Source: Thalassospira sp. TSL5-1
GTDB lineage: Bacteria > Pseudomonadota > Alphaproteobacteria > Rhodospirillales > Thalassospiraceae
Assembly: GCF_001907695.1 (NCBI RefSeq)
Contig: NZ_KV880639.1
Coordinates: 50,103-74,102 of the forward strand
DNA: 24,000 nt
Direction: 5' to 3'
Both the position numbers and the translations under genes were made by a program. Below are positions 23,985 through 24,000 of the stretch, in pieces; position 1 is the stretch's first letter, and the number at the start of each line of letters is the position of its first letter. The notes beneath the pieces were generated by a model. That model saw only the letters and a list, made by a program, of their open reading frames with translations. It had not been told where the DNA came from and did no database searches.

Positions 23985-24000
23985 TTTAAGGCATCCTCAC

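Overview
The gene content suggests an alphaproteobacterial chromosome, but this is a guess made without a database search. The window has three parts.

(1) Region 1-9343 holds ordinary accessory and regulatory genes. These are a 5'-truncated class III nucleotide cyclase, two AraC regulators, two EamA/DMT transporters, and an EAL c-di-GMP phosphodiesterase. There is also a PhnA/YjdM-domain mini-protein, two DUF1127 small proteins (one divergent from a LysR regulator), and an SDR oxidoreductase.

(2) Region 9382-16013 is an RNA repair and quality-control island. It contains rtcR (CARF plus AAA+ regulator, minus strand) divergent from rsr (Ro60/TROVE-vWA) and rtcB (RNA 3'-phosphate ligase). The island ends at a bidirectional terminator and a tRNA-Met(CAU) gene.

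(3) Region 16314-23984 holds mnmA, a TenA-family gene, and the minus-strand ISC operon genes iscS-iscU-iscA-hscB-hscA-fdx-iscX.

The most interesting stretch is the 1.16-kb noncoding spacer between rsr and rtcB. It is not empty. It contains seven consecutive Y-RNA-like modules, each a terminal stem flanking a conserved ATRC-N3-WGGRACTACAT / YTTG box pair. Six of them form a 449-bp tandem duplication of a three-module unit. One module type carries a circularly permuted tRNA-like domain (YrlA-like). The other two types carry T-loop hairpins in contexts I do not recognise.

The linkage of Rsr, Y RNA, RtcB and RtcR is already described in Salmonella and Deinococcus. What looks new here is the size and modular diversity of the array. 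Other unusual points are an RtcR with a degenerate GAFTGA loop, no GG-N10-GC promoter in the relevant spacers, no rtcA, and an N-terminally extended RtcB. All structural calls were made by eye and need computational and experimental confirmation.
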